A stretch of 64,000 bases of DNA from Candidatus Cloacimonadota bacterium. Lineage in GTDB: Bacteria > Cloacimonadota > Cloacimonadia > JGIOTU-2. Where the stretch lies: NCBI GenBank assembly GCA_049903315.1, contig JBNGBT010000006.1, forward strand, positions 147,914 to 211,913, read 5' to 3'. A program made the position numbers and the translations under genes. Shown here in pieces: positions 1 to 10,035 of this stretch (its first letter is position 1; each line of letters starts with the position of its first letter). Under the pieces are notes generated by a model. The model did not search any database and had not been told where the DNA came from. It saw only the letters and a list, made by a program, of their open reading frames with translations.

Positions 1-1787
1 ACCTGCTGGAAATGTGTGAAGTCGAAACGCAGTCTGTCCGGTGCTACATGCGAACCTTTTTGATGAAGATGGGTTCCCAATACTTGCCGAAGCGCAGCAT
101 GGAGAAGGTGGGATGCAGTGTGGTTTCGTGCAATATTATTTCTTCTTTCAAGATCGACTATTGCTTTGACATTTTTATCTTTGATCGCACCCTTGATCAG
201 TTTGCCGAAGTGAAATATTACGTCATTCTGCTTTTGAACATCCTCAACTTCGATCTCAAATTCATTGTTGAATATTTTTCCCGTATCAGCGATCTCACCG
301 CCGGATTCAGCATAAAATGGAGTTGTATTTAAAACAAATACAACATTGTTTTCTTCATCGACATAATAATGTTCAATCACACAATTTGCGACATCTTGCT
401 CATATCCGACAAATTCACTTTTATGCTCTGGAGGTATATCCAGTTTTGAGAATGTATCACTTTGCCGGTCGAATTTTGCATCGTCACGAGCCCGGTTTTT
501 TTGAGCTTCCATCTCTTTTTCAAATCCCTTTTTATCGACCTCAAATCCTTTTTCCTCAGCCATGAGTTCCGTTAGATCAAGAGGGAAACCGTAAGTATCA
601 TAAAGCATGAAAGCATTTTTACCGGAAATCACAGTACTCATTCCAAGGTGTTCTACAATATCATTGAATTTGCTGATGCCCATATCGAGTGTTTGATTGA
701 AGCGCTCTTCTTCAGCATTGATAACCATCTGAATATGCATTTTCTTTTCTATGATCTCGGGATATTGATCTCCAAGAATACCGCATACAGTGTCCGCGAG
801 TTCTGCAAGAAATGGCTTGTGTATATTGATGATCCTGCCAAAGCGAGTTGCTCTGCGCAGTATTCTCCTGATGACATAGCCCCTTCCTACATTGGATGGG
901 AGTACGCCGTCTGCGATAGAGAAAGTCAATGCGCGGATATGGTCTGAGATAACGCGGAATGCATGTTTGTCATCTTCAAATTTGACCTGAGCAATTTTTT
1001 CAATATGCCGGATTATCGGCATGAAGAGATCAGATTCATAATTGGAAGTTTTTCCTTGCAGTATAGCAACAAGACGTTCAAAACCTGCACCGGTATCCAC
1101 ATGTTTTTTGGGCAGGTCGATGAGTTCACCGTTGTCCAGTCTGTTAAATTGAATAAATACGAGATTCCATATTTCGACATAGCGACCGCAAGAGCCGTTC
1201 ACCTCGCATTTGTGGTTTGGATCATCCTTTTGAGAACAGTGTTCGATACCTCTGTCATAATGGATTTCTGAGCACGGACCGCAGGGACCAGTGTCAGCCA
1301 TCTCCCAGAAATTGTCTTTGTCACCAAATTTGAGTATTCGATCAGGTTCGATGTCTGTTTCTTTATTCCAGAGTTTAAAGGATTCATCATCTTCATAATG
1401 TACTGATGCATAGAGTTTTTCTTTTGGGATTTTCCAGATGGATGTGACCAGTTCCCACGCCCAGAGAATAGCTTCTTTTTTATAATAGTCACCAAAAGAC
1501 CAGTTACCGAGCATTTCAAAGAAGGTGTGATGATATTCGTCTTTTCCCACTTCTTCGAGATCATTATGTTTGCCGCCGGCGCGGAGGCATTTCTGGCTGT
1601 CTACTGCACGTGTATAGTCTCGCGATCCGGTTCCGAGAAAGATGTCCTTGAACTGGTTCATTCCTGCATTGGTGAATAATAGTGAGGGATCGTTTATTGG
1701 TACAAGTGGAGCAGAAGGAACGATCTCGTGTTCTTTTGCTGCAAAGAATTCAATAAAACTTTTTCTGATCTGCGAACTCGTAAGCAT
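1..1787 (-). CDS. alaS: Alanine--tRNA ligase, N-terminal ~595 aa, runs off the window edge
   Basis: Hand translation from ATG at 1787: MLTSSQIRKSFIEFFAAKEHEIVPSAPLVPINDPSLLFTNAGMNQFKDIFLG, the AlaRS N-terminal signature. Absent from the ORF track because no stop falls in the window. Confidence 0.97.
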   Translation of the reverse strand, partial: MLTSSQIRKSFIEFFAAKEHEIVPSAPLVPINDPSLLFTNAGMNQFKDIFLGTGSRDYTRAVDSQKCLRAGGKHNDLEEVGKDEYHHTFFEMLGNWSFGDYYKKEAILWAWELVTSIWKIPKEKLYASVHYEDDESFKLWNKETDIEPDRILKFGDKDNFWEMADTGPCGPCSEIHYDRGIEHCSQKDDPNHKCEVNGSCGRYVEIWNLVFIQFNRLDNGELIDLPKKHVDTGAGFERLVAILQGKTSNYESDLFMPIIRHIEKIAQVKFEDDKHAFRVISDHIRALTFSIADGVLPSNVGRGYVIRRILRRATRFGRIINIHKPFLAELADTVCGILGDQYPEIIEKKMHIQMVINAEEERFNQTLDMGISKFNDIVEHLGMSTVISGKNAFMLYDTYGFPLDLTELMAEEKGFEVDKKGFEKEMEAQKNRARDDAKFDRQSDTFSKLDIPPEHKSEFVGYEQDVANCVIEHYYVDEENNVVFVLNTTPFYAESGGEIADTGKIFNNEFEIEVEDVQKQNDVIFHFGKLIKGAIKDKNVKAIVDLERRNNIARNHTASHLLHAALRQVLGTHLHQKGSHVAPDRLRFDFTHFQQ

Positions 1788-1920
1788 GAAAATGATGTCC
1801 TTTTTGTGGTTAGAGAAAATTCGACACCTGCTCTGTCAAGAAAAATCAAGTAAGAGGGAACTTACCCCTCGATACATGAGCTTACAAATAAATCGTATTG
1901 GTAGAAGTAATTGATTGCTT

Positions 1921-4900
1921 CTATCTTAGTAAAATCATCTTCCGGGGCTCAAATTTTTCTGAATCTAATTTTAGAGTATAGAAATATATTCCATTCGAGA
2001 CTTTTCTGTTTTGACTATCCAGTCCATCCCATTCGATATGGTTATCTCCTGCTTCAAAATTTTCTTTCTGTATAGTGGTTACGAGTTCACCTTTAATGTT
2101 GTATATTTTGAGTGTTGCCAGAGTTGCCGGTCTTAGTAATGAGAAATTAATACGAGTTGAAGAATAGAATGGATTAGGGAAGTTTGAATGGAGAATTATT
2201 GGTTCAGTAATTTCATTTTGAGGTTCCTCTTCGTCTATTGCTACGTGGAAGTTTCCGACAGAAAAAGCAGGCTCCATTTTCCATATTGTTTTGTTTCCTG
2301 AATCATCAATGAAAGATAATTTCAGGTCGATTGCTGTGCTGTCGTAATTCGTAAGAGCGGTTACATCAGCTTCATACAGCCAGCCGATCATGCTGTCCTG
2401 CACGATCGGTGTTACAGGAATTTCCTGCCATATATCTGTTCCGTGTTCTTTATAATGAAGACGGGTTGAATCGAGAATCACTTCTTTATACGTAAAATGA
2501 TATCTCAAATAAGGTCCAACAATTTTCCAGTCTATAACAGAAAATTGCAATAAGCAGTTTTCATTTGTGGAAAGCGTTTGCGTGATACATCCGTTATGAT
2601 CGAACAATTTATATGAAGTTAGTTGAGGTGGAGATGCGTCCACCTGACTCATGTCAAAGTAGAAGTCAGCTGTTGCAGTTCCTTTGTAATCAGCTATGTA
2701 GTAACTAGAGTCGATAGTTTCTAAGTTATAAATTTCATCATACAGATGCATATACTGAATCTTTTCCAATGCTTCGTTCAGAATTCCTGATGTGATGATA
2801 CTCCCATTTTGGTCATAAAGAAAGAATGGACTCTCATATGAATCTCTTATACGTATTTCGTCAAGTGATCCACAGAAGTTGCAATTTGGTGGATCATAGA
2901 TTACCATGTAATCGTCATTTTTGCTGAAATATAAATGTGGATATACTAAACCTTCCCCAAAGTGCAATGTGTCTTCATTAACAAGAATATAGGTTGATAC
3001 ATTTGGAATGAAACAGTAACTCGCAATGTTTTCATCTATTGAATATATTGGCAGTGTCTTGAACCACATTTTTGTATCATCGAATACATCATCATTTTCT
3101 TGTCCTGCGAGGAGAAATCCTGTTTTAATGTATTCGCATGTGCTTGCATTATAAAATAATGGGATGGACCATTTGTAATCGGAATTTGTTGTCACTTGTG
3201 TAATGGTTGAAGCCGCAAAGCTAGTCATTTCCATCATAAATTGAGGAAAAGCAAATTTATAGCCATTTCCAATGTTAACATAAGGTGAATGAATTCCTGG
3301 AGGGAATGTTAGAGCAAGGTTTTTCATAAAGAAGTCAGATGGATTATTTGTGAGAGTTAAATCACCTGATATTCCTTGTAAAATTTCATGATTTACTATG
3401 TGACAAATATGTTCATTATCTATATCGAACTGTGTTTCACCACAAATAAAAGTATAATCATCAGATATATCTGAAACATACCACGTATTTGGGGAATTAA
3501 TAAAACCAATTCCCAATAATATAAAACCTTCTGGTGGTATCATTTCGCGAAGACTCGTAGCATTATCAAGCGATGAAAGCAATCGATCCTGTTCATCTAC
3601 AGCTGCTAATATAAATTCATGCTGGGCTTCATCAGAATGTATTTCAATATCTATATTTGATTGTATGCTCATGTCTTCATAGAAAACGAAGTACTGTCGA
3701 TTATTCTTTTCAATAATTGAAATAAGATCATACACGCCAAATGGTGCTTCAAATTCATAACAATAATAACCCATATAAGTTGCATTAAATTGATCGATAT
3801 ATACATGCTCGTTAAGTAGCATAAACTGAGATGAAGGACAATCAAATGTTAATCTTATAGTTGCCTGAACTACAAAAGACCAGGGTAGCTTGAGTTCTTG
3901 CTGAGTAGTATTTATGGATATAGTTCCGTCATGTGTGCAATGTAAAGAAGAAGGAGGGTCGATACATGAGTTATCAACTGTTAGATTTATGAGTGTTGTC
4001 ATTGAGTCATTTGGAGCTAAGGAAAAATACTGTGGATTTGCCGACAGACTGATACCCGGTTTAATGCCGCCAAATAAAATCATAAAATCTTGGTTAATGT
4101 CAGAATCGTTTATAATCTTTATGGTTTTTGTTTTAGTCCAGATGTTTTGCGAGAAATCATCAAGACCAAAGCTTGCACATGCAGGTATCGCGAAGATGTC
4201 GATCTCAGCAGCTTTTTTTGCATTTACTCTTCCGCATCCCTGTGCCATCACATGTTCGTTAAGATCTTTCGCAGAAAGCATTATTGCGGATTTTAATCTT
4301 TCAGGTCCCCAATCCGGATGAAGGGATTTTATGAGTGCGCAGACACCTGCGACATGGGGAGCCGACATCGAAGTTCCACTCTTATACGTGAATCCATTAT
4401 TGAGTGCAAGTGAGTATATTTCCTCTCCCGGAGCAACCACTTCAGGTTTCATGTTCAAAATTTTTGTATTTGGTCCCTTTGAACTGAAATAACTAATTTC
4501 GTCACTTTTATTCGTAGAACCAACCGTGAGTGCTGTGCGTGCAGTTCCGGGGCTTCTAATGGTTTTCCATCCACCAGAATTCCCTGCCGATACACAGGAG
4601 ATTACACCCAGCGCTGTTGCATTATCGACAGTAATTGAAAGAGCATCATCAGGTTCGCCGCTCCCACCGAGACTCATATTTATGACGTCAACTTTATCTG
4701 AATAGTCACCATCCCAATTAGGATCGAGTGCTCTGTTGACTCCGTTAATTATTCTCCATTCAGTACCAGTACCCTCTTCATCTAAAACCTTGAAAGCCAT
4801 AAGTAATGAATGAGGAGCAACGCCTTTAAGCGAATAACCATCACCAGAAATAATACCTGCAACATGCGTTCCGTGACCATTATCATCCATTGGATCATTA

Positions 4901-5577
4901 TCCATGTGTATGAAGTCATATCCGTCGATCACTTTGAAACCCGGCCCAAATGCGCGTCCAAGGTGGGGGTGCGTATAATCGATGCCTGTATCGAGTACTC
5001 CAACGACAATGCTATCACCCATTGTTCCAAAGTTGTACCATACAGAATCAGCTTGAATAAGGGGAACGCTTTCGTACAGGTCAGCCGTATAAACTTTATT
5101 TTTGTGCAACTTTTTTACATACGGCAGTTCATGAATAGCGCTCATCATGATCCTTGGGACTTGTGCATTTATACCGAAGAAAACTCTGTAAATGCCTTCT
5201 GTAAATTCAGGTTGTGGCAATGGTGCTTTGTGGTTTTGTGATATCTTATAAAAGAGATTTAAAACATCATCTTCAAAATCATCAAATCGGTTGGTGTAGA
5301 AAGATTGCGTTTTGTCAGAATCGGGATTGTTTTTCTTCTCTATAAAGTAGGGTGGTTCAGTAAATTCAACAATAATATCTTCAACTTCTGCAGGATCATA
5401 TTCAATGATAACGGGATCTTCATCCCTGGTTTGAATGATGCGGTATTGACATCCTTCTCTTTTCTCGAACTCGAATGTTTTTTGATTCTGACATGTGTTT
5501 ACAGCAGGGGTACAAAACAATTGAACTGAAATTGTTAGTATGACTAAAATTAAACCCGGAACCTTTAAATACTTCAT
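1921..5577 (-). CDS. Secreted S8 (subtilisin/Vpr-like) serine peptidase with C-terminal T9SS/FlgD-Ig sorting domain
   Basis: Signal peptide; catalytic triad motifs VLDTGID, HGTHVAG, SGTSMSAP; CTD NFPNPF...IYNIKGELV...WDG...GIYFY. Confidence 0.92.
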   Translation of the reverse strand: MKYLKVPGLILVILTISVQLFCTPAVNTCQNQKTFEFEKREGCQYRIIQTRDEDPVIIEYDPAEVEDIIVEFTEPPYFIEKKNNPDSDKTQSFYTNRFDDFEDDVLNLFYKISQNHKAPLPQPEFTEGIYRVFFGINAQVPRIMMSAIHELPYVKKLHKNKVYTADLYESVPLIQADSVWYNFGTMGDSIVVGVLDTGIDYTHPHLGRAFGPGFKVIDGYDFIHMDNDPMDDNGHGTHVAGIISGDGYSLKGVAPHSLLMAFKVLDEEGTGTEWRIINGVNRALDPNWDGDYSDKVDVINMSLGGSGEPDDALSITVDNATALGVISCVSAGNSGGWKTIRSPGTARTALTVGSTNKSDEISYFSSKGPNTKILNMKPEVVAPGEEIYSLALNNGFTYKSGTSMSAPHVAGVCALIKSLHPDWGPERLKSAIMLSAKDLNEHVMAQGCGRVNAKKAAEIDIFAIPACASFGLDDFSQNIWTKTKTIKIINDSDINQDFMILFGGIKPGISLSANPQYFSLAPNDSMTTLINLTVDNSCIDPPSSLHCTHDGTISINTTQQELKLPWSFVVQATIRLTFDCPSSQFMLLNEHVYIDQFNATYMGYYCYEFEAPFGVYDLISIIEKNNRQYFVFYEDMSIQSNIDIEIHSDEAQHEFILAAVDEQDRLLSSLDNATSLREMIPPEGFILLGIGFINSPNTWYVSDISDDYTFICGETQFDIDNEHICHIVNHEILQGISGDLTLTNNPSDFFMKNLALTFPPGIHSPYVNIGNGYKFAFPQFMMEMTSFAASTITQVTTNSDYKWSIPLFYNASTCEYIKTGFLLAGQENDDVFDDTKMWFKTLPIYSIDENIASYCFIPNVSTYILVNEDTLHFGEGLVYPHLYFSKNDDYMVIYDPPNCNFCGSLDEIRIRDSYESPFFLYDQNGSIITSGILNEALEKIQYMHLYDEIYNLETIDSSYYIADYKGTATADFYFDMSQVDASPPQLTSYKLFDHNGCITQTLSTNENCLLQFSVIDWKIVGPYLRYHFTYKEVILDSTRLHYKEHGTDIWQEIPVTPIVQDSMIGWLYEADVTALTNYDSTAIDLKLSFIDDSGNKTIWKMEPAFSVGNFHVAIDEEEPQNEITEPIILHSNFPNPFYSSTRINFSLLRPATLATLKIYNIKGELVTTIQKENFEAGDNHIEWDGLDSQNRKVSNGIYFYTLKLDSEKFEPRKMILLR

Positions 5578-5748
5578 GTTATCCTCCTGTCTTAGGTTGT
5601 CCTCCAGTCTTGAATTGATTTTTGAAAATCATAACTAAGTTGTCAAATTTATTTTTTTTACTGCTTTGAAACAAAGGTCGTGATATTTGATGGAATAGTC
5701 TAAAATATTTGACAAAGGATTGGGTGCTTAAAAATGTAGCGAACTCAC

Positions 5749-5823
5749 GGGCCAGTAACTCAGTGGTAGAGTATCGCCCTTTTAAGGCGAGAGTCGAAGG
5801 TTCGAATCCTTCCTGGCTCACCA
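5749..5823 (+). tRNA. tRNA-Lys (anticodon TTT)
   Basis: Cloverleaf gggccag...ctggctc acca; anticodon arm tcgcc-cTTTTaa-ggcga; T-loop ttcgaat; encoded CCA. Confidence 0.96.
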
Positions 5824-5843
5824 TTTGTATCAGCATTTTTTGA

Positions 5844-5918
5844 GGCCCCATCGTCTAACGGTTAGGACTCAGGATTTTCATTCCTGCAATAGGGGTTCGA
5901 TTCCCCTTGGGGTCACCA
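5844..5918 (+). tRNA. tRNA-Glu (anticodon TTC)
   Basis: ggcccca...tggggtc acca; anticodon arm cagga-ttTTCat-tcctg; T-loop ttcgatt; encoded CCA. Confidence 0.96.
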
Positions 5919-5985
5919 TTTGTGATTTCTTGCGAGAAATATCTCGTAAGTGCCTTAAAATTTGGGTAGTTAGGGGGGTTCGATA
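5910..5985. repeat. Junction A (attL-like): tRNA-Glu 3' core gggtcaccatt plus element left arm
   Basis: tcaccatttgtgatttcttgcgagaaa(t/a)atctcgtaagt recurs at 25672 and 30551. The minus strand reads YRTPLTTQILRHLRDISRKKSQMVTPRGIEPLLQE* over 5985..5878. Confidence 0.85.
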
Positions 5986-6011
5986 ACTCTTTGGGGCTTG
6001 ATACTTTTTCT

Positions 6012-6041
6012 AATAAAAAAGCCGCCACAAACGTGACGGCT
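6012..6041 (-). terminator. Intrinsic terminator of the lipoprotein gene
   Basis: Minus strand agccgtcac-gttt-gtggcggct followed by a T-tract. Confidence 0.75.
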
Positions 6042-6073
6042 CTATTCAATTTAGCAATAAAAGATGGATTGAA

Positions 6074-6700
6074 CTAATTTATTTTTGATATGGTTTTCAG
6101 TTCTGTATTATAGTAATAACCCCATTCGCCCATTGCTGCTAATGCCTGGGCTGGATCGTTGTAGAGTGGCAACAGGTTCATCTCAGAGGGATCATAGAGA
6201 GCTTCACCAACCATATTTCTCAGTAAGATGGGATAATACGTTTCATCATTGAGCCAGTCTGCTTCCCACCAGGTAACTGAGTCGAAGAAATGATCCAATA
6301 CTGCCCTATAAGCTCTTTTAGCCTGCTCTCTTGCATTTTGACTACCACCCACAGTATACAATTCATGTAGTGACATTGCACAGAAGTATTGATATTCACC
6401 TGTTGGACTTTTTGCTAGTATAGTAGCCCATAAATAAAATTGAGATTTTGCAGACGGGCATTCATCATAGAGATCCCACACATTCCCCATATACACATTT
6501 GCATCCGCATAGGGATTTTCAGGATCTGTTAAGATGTCTGTATTAGGATAGACCCCTTCATCTGCACCATATAAGGTGAGTTCATAATCCGTGGGCAGTT
6601 CAATAATATTAACAATAGTACCATTTTTTCGGTCACAAGCAGATAGGAGAACAAGGAGTATGATAACACTTACCATGATCGCTATTGATTTTATTCTCAT
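6074..6700 (-). CDS. Lipoprotein of unknown function, probable partner of the upstream hydrolase/barrel fusion
   Basis: MRIKSIAIMVSVIILLVLLSAC lipobox with aggag RBS; alternative start at 6730. Confidence 0.8.
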   Translation of the reverse strand: MRIKSIAIMVSVIILLVLLSACDRKNGTIVNIIELPTDYELTLYGADEGVYPNTDILTDPENPYADANVYMGNVWDLYDECPSAKSQFYLWATILAKSPTGEYQYFCAMSLHELYTVGGSQNAREQAKRAYRAVLDHFFDSVTWWEADWLNDETYYPILLRNMVGEALYDPSEMNLLPLYNDPAQALAAMGEWGYYYNTELKTISKIN

Positions 6701-6739
6701 TTTATCTCCTGTAAAATTTTGATTTTGCATATATTACTC

Positions 6740-9700
6740 CTAAAAATCGATTTTAAAGTACACACCGGTTTGGAATTCATAATCATTCATTTCATCACTG
6801 TTTTCATTTCCTGGTGAGTTTTCATCAAGGGTTCTGAATATAGTCTTGAAGCCTAATCTGCTTGAGAATTCTTCATTAAGGAAATTGTCGATGAGTACCG
6901 AATAATCAAACATGAATTGATAGGGGAAAGTGATGTTGAACTGTCGGTACCAGTCGTATGGTCCCCAAGCATTCTTCTTTGCATACGCAGAAATGATGTG
7001 TTTTTTATTGATCACAAATTTCGTATCAAGCGAGTAGTATTGCGGAGATTTTCGTTCAGGATTTCCTGTAGATTGCTGTTTGCCAGCTTCGATATTAGTA
7101 ATTATTTTCAGATTACGACTGGGATTCATAATGAATCTACCTTTTGCCAACCAGACATTTGCTTTTGGCAGTCCTCCGGAAAATGGAACATTAGTTTTAC
7201 CTTGCTGATAATAGAAAAGATATGCATCGGTATCAGTATCATAACGAGTGTAATTTCCACCAATACTGAACGCCAGACCAGCATCTTCCCGATAGTCACT
7301 ATCCCAAGCATAGAAATAACTTGCCGGAGTAGGATCATATGTCAAGAAGAATTCGCCTGAGGTTGCTTCTCTATTATCCAAAACTGCGAATGGATCACTA
7401 TCGCTGTTGCGTGGAGAAAGACCCGGATAGAAATTTGTTCCATTAGTGTAGGGTTCAATACTGGGATTAGGGCCGATCAGATTTTGTCTGTACAGGAACC
7501 GTGGCAAGAGCCAGAAGTTGCCAACAGGCAGCAAAAATCCACCTTCATAGACTATTTTATTACCAAGGGCTGAATAGGGCATCGTAGTATCGAATTCTCT
7601 TAATGGATTTCCAGCATTTGCAACCAATCCTGCATAGGTGAAGGATGCATCGATCAATGCTCCACCAAAGATATTATACGTTACCTTAGCTTTTATACCC
7701 TGGGTATCCTCAAATTTGATCTTATCTTCGTATATTGTGGTGTCTCCATCAACATAATAGAATTTCTCATCTAGTCTTTCGCTGCCAGAAAAGAGATAAC
7801 CAATCTCGACTTTTGTTTTTGGGATTACTTCTGTTTCCATACACAATGTCGTCTGACGTGTTGCACGTGATGTGGCTTCTGTCGCAGTTGCAGAAGCATT
7901 TGCTCTCACAAAATCCTCGGCATGTATCAAAGTATATTTGAAGAGATTGTTGCCAAAGTCATATTTTATCATAGCCTTGGGATTTGCTCCCCAATAGACT
8001 TCCGGTCCTGCTACAATAGTGAGTCCTGGCATGAATTTTTTTCCAATAAATTCTAATCCGTATGGTGCTTTTGCATTCCAGATATCCATTCCTTCCATAT
8101 CTGTTGCTTCATACATCAGCCCATAGAAGTCACCTTTATAACCCCAATGGAACCGTGGAACATGATAGAACATTGAGAGATCAAAATTCTCAGTGCTGTA
8201 ATTAGCATCAAAGCTATAGATTTCTATCCTCTCATTATCTTTTATTTCTTTAGTCGTATTGACTTCCAGACCATCATCATTGAGTTCAGTAATCACAGAG
8301 GTATAATATTCACCTCTTTTTCCATAATATTGTTCGAGTTTCTTATCAACAACGTTCCCCAAGATGTTTAGTGTAAAATTCCCCCAAATCTTACTCGTAG
8401 GTTGAAAATCGAAATCAAGAAAGAGCATTTCACCATCTGAGAAGTCAAGTCCGTTCTTTCCATTCTTTTCTATATCTCGAGATTTACCATTGAAAACCAG
8501 ATCACCTTCAAGACTTCCGCCACTTAAATGAATAGCATCATTTTTCTTTTTTTCTTCTTGCAGCAATCTTACATCACCAGTTAGAGACATTACTTTCATG
8601 TCTATATCATCTATGAATTCATTCATCGTGGTCTTATCCACTTTATATGGGTCAATGCTCCAAATATTTGAAAGGACATCATAGGCTGCACGTGGTCTTG
8701 CGGTATAGACACCATCATCATTAGGATCACCTAATGCGCAGATGCCGTACCATTCTTCGTTCATATTATTACGACCTTTAACAAAGTCAAATGAGTAACC
8801 ACCGTTACTCCATGAGGCGTGTTTATCATGCACATAGAGATTTTCTACCTGAAGATACTTCCACCATTCATCGCGCCATTCAAATATACATCCACCGATA
8901 ACATTTCCCTCTTCACCTTTCCCGTAACTTTTGTTATAAATTTCCTGCCAATTTCCCTTGATTATCTCTGCTTGTGCTTTTTGATCTTCTTGATTAGTAA
9001 GAGCGTTAAAAGCATCACTTCCAAACTCAGTTAACATAACTGGTAGATCAAGTTCTTTATCTACTCTCTCCCACATGTCGGTAAAACTAATTCCCCGATA
9101 AGAATTTACGCCCAGAATATCAAGGTCTGGACAATATTCAACAATTAGATCCAGGTATTGGATATCACCATTAACGATAGAAAACGGGTGATTATGGTCT
9201 ATTTCTTTTCCTGCATGAATGATCTCGTTGAATAAACTATACAGGGATTTTGCTTTTTCTCTATGCTGTTCACCTACTGGCAGGTCTTCAATTTCAAAAC
9301 TGGACCATTCTAGACCATAGTTGCTTTCGTTACCAAGGGCGAACATGAGTACACCTGGCGTGTCTTTATACTGTTTAACAAGTTCCAGTATATCTCGCTT
9401 TAAAGTTTGCCGAGTGAGTTCGTCAGAATAGTTTGTTCTTTCAATCCATGCTCCTCCGATATTATATCCATATCTGCCCATCAAATGATTCACGATAGTC
9501 ATGATGCCATGCTTTTCGTAGATATAGGTTATCCATTTTGGAGGAATAAGCCCGAATGAACGAATGGTGTTAATACCAGCTTTTGTCATTAAATTACACT
9601 CATAATCAAGGGTTTTCATGATTTGCTCATCAGTGTTAGCCCATAGATTATAGGCGTAATTCTCACCTTTGGGTGTGTAGCCCCACACGACACCTTTGAT

Positions 9701-9868
9701 GAAAAAGTCTTTACTATCAACTTGTAATTTCCATCCAAGATTATCATGATACGTCGTTACCTTTTCTGGTGTTGATGCATAAATGACCGTATAAATACAT
9801 AAGAAAACAACTGTCAGAAAAAAACTGATCAACCTTTTTTGTTGCGTTTCACTACTTAATTTAATCAT
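6740..9868 (-). CDS. GH2-like (clan GH-A) TIM-barrel glycosidase fused to a ~600 aa probable outer-membrane beta-barrel
   Basis: Signal peptide; GNE acid/base and TEFG nucleophile-type motifs; amphipathic strands in the C-terminal half; terminal YEFQTGVYFKIDF beta-signal. Confidence 0.75.
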   Translation of the reverse strand: MIKLSSETQQKRLISFFLTVVFLCIYTVIYASTPEKVTTYHDNLGWKLQVDSKDFFIKGVVWGYTPKGENYAYNLWANTDEQIMKTLDYECNLMTKAGINTIRSFGLIPPKWITYIYEKHGIMTIVNHLMGRYGYNIGGAWIERTNYSDELTRQTLKRDILELVKQYKDTPGVLMFALGNESNYGLEWSSFEIEDLPVGEQHREKAKSLYSLFNEIIHAGKEIDHNHPFSIVNGDIQYLDLIVEYCPDLDILGVNSYRGISFTDMWERVDKELDLPVMLTEFGSDAFNALTNQEDQKAQAEIIKGNWQEIYNKSYGKGEEGNVIGGCIFEWRDEWWKYLQVENLYVHDKHASWSNGGYSFDFVKGRNNMNEEWYGICALGDPNDDGVYTARPRAAYDVLSNIWSIDPYKVDKTTMNEFIDDIDMKVMSLTGDVRLLQEEKKKNDAIHLSGGSLEGDLVFNGKSRDIEKNGKNGLDFSDGEMLFLDFDFQPTSKIWGNFTLNILGNVVDKKLEQYYGKRGEYYTSVITELNDDGLEVNTTKEIKDNERIEIYSFDANYSTENFDLSMFYHVPRFHWGYKGDFYGLMYEATDMEGMDIWNAKAPYGLEFIGKKFMPGLTIVAGPEVYWGANPKAMIKYDFGNNLFKYTLIHAEDFVRANASATATEATSRATRQTTLCMETEVIPKTKVEIGYLFSGSERLDEKFYYVDGDTTIYEDKIKFEDTQGIKAKVTYNIFGGALIDASFTYAGLVANAGNPLREFDTTMPYSALGNKIVYEGGFLLPVGNFWLLPRFLYRQNLIGPNPSIEPYTNGTNFYPGLSPRNSDSDPFAVLDNREATSGEFFLTYDPTPASYFYAWDSDYREDAGLAFSIGGNYTRYDTDTDAYLFYYQQGKTNVPFSGGLPKANVWLAKGRFIMNPSRNLKIITNIEAGKQQSTGNPERKSPQYYSLDTKFVINKKHIISAYAKKNAWGPYDWYRQFNITFPYQFMFDYSVLIDNFLNEEFSSRLGFKTIFRTLDENSPGNENSDEMNDYEFQTGVYFKIDF

Positions 9869-9907
9869 AGTCTTTCACTCCGTAAGCTATTGCATTATTT
9901 TAAGTTG

Positions 9908-9951
9908 AATGCTATATAGCAATATTCATATCATGAAAAAAAATCTGTCAA
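9908..9951 (-). promoter_or_regulatory. Promoter (TTGACA at 9951-9946) plus palindromic operator ATTGCTATATAGCATT
   Basis: Same 16-mer and same 22-nt spacing from TTGACA as at 11365-11408. Confidence 0.8.
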
Positions 9952-10035
9952 GAAATTACAAATTTATGAAAACCTTTTGATTTTATGTGTATGTGCTGGG
10001 CTGTATATATTTGAAGAAATGCTTGGAAAACTTTA

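Noticed and set aside
5579..6049. Minus-strand ORFs 5579-5851 and 5855-6049
   Set aside because: They are antisense to the two tRNAs. The informative relic frame (YRTP...GIEP) is a different frame.
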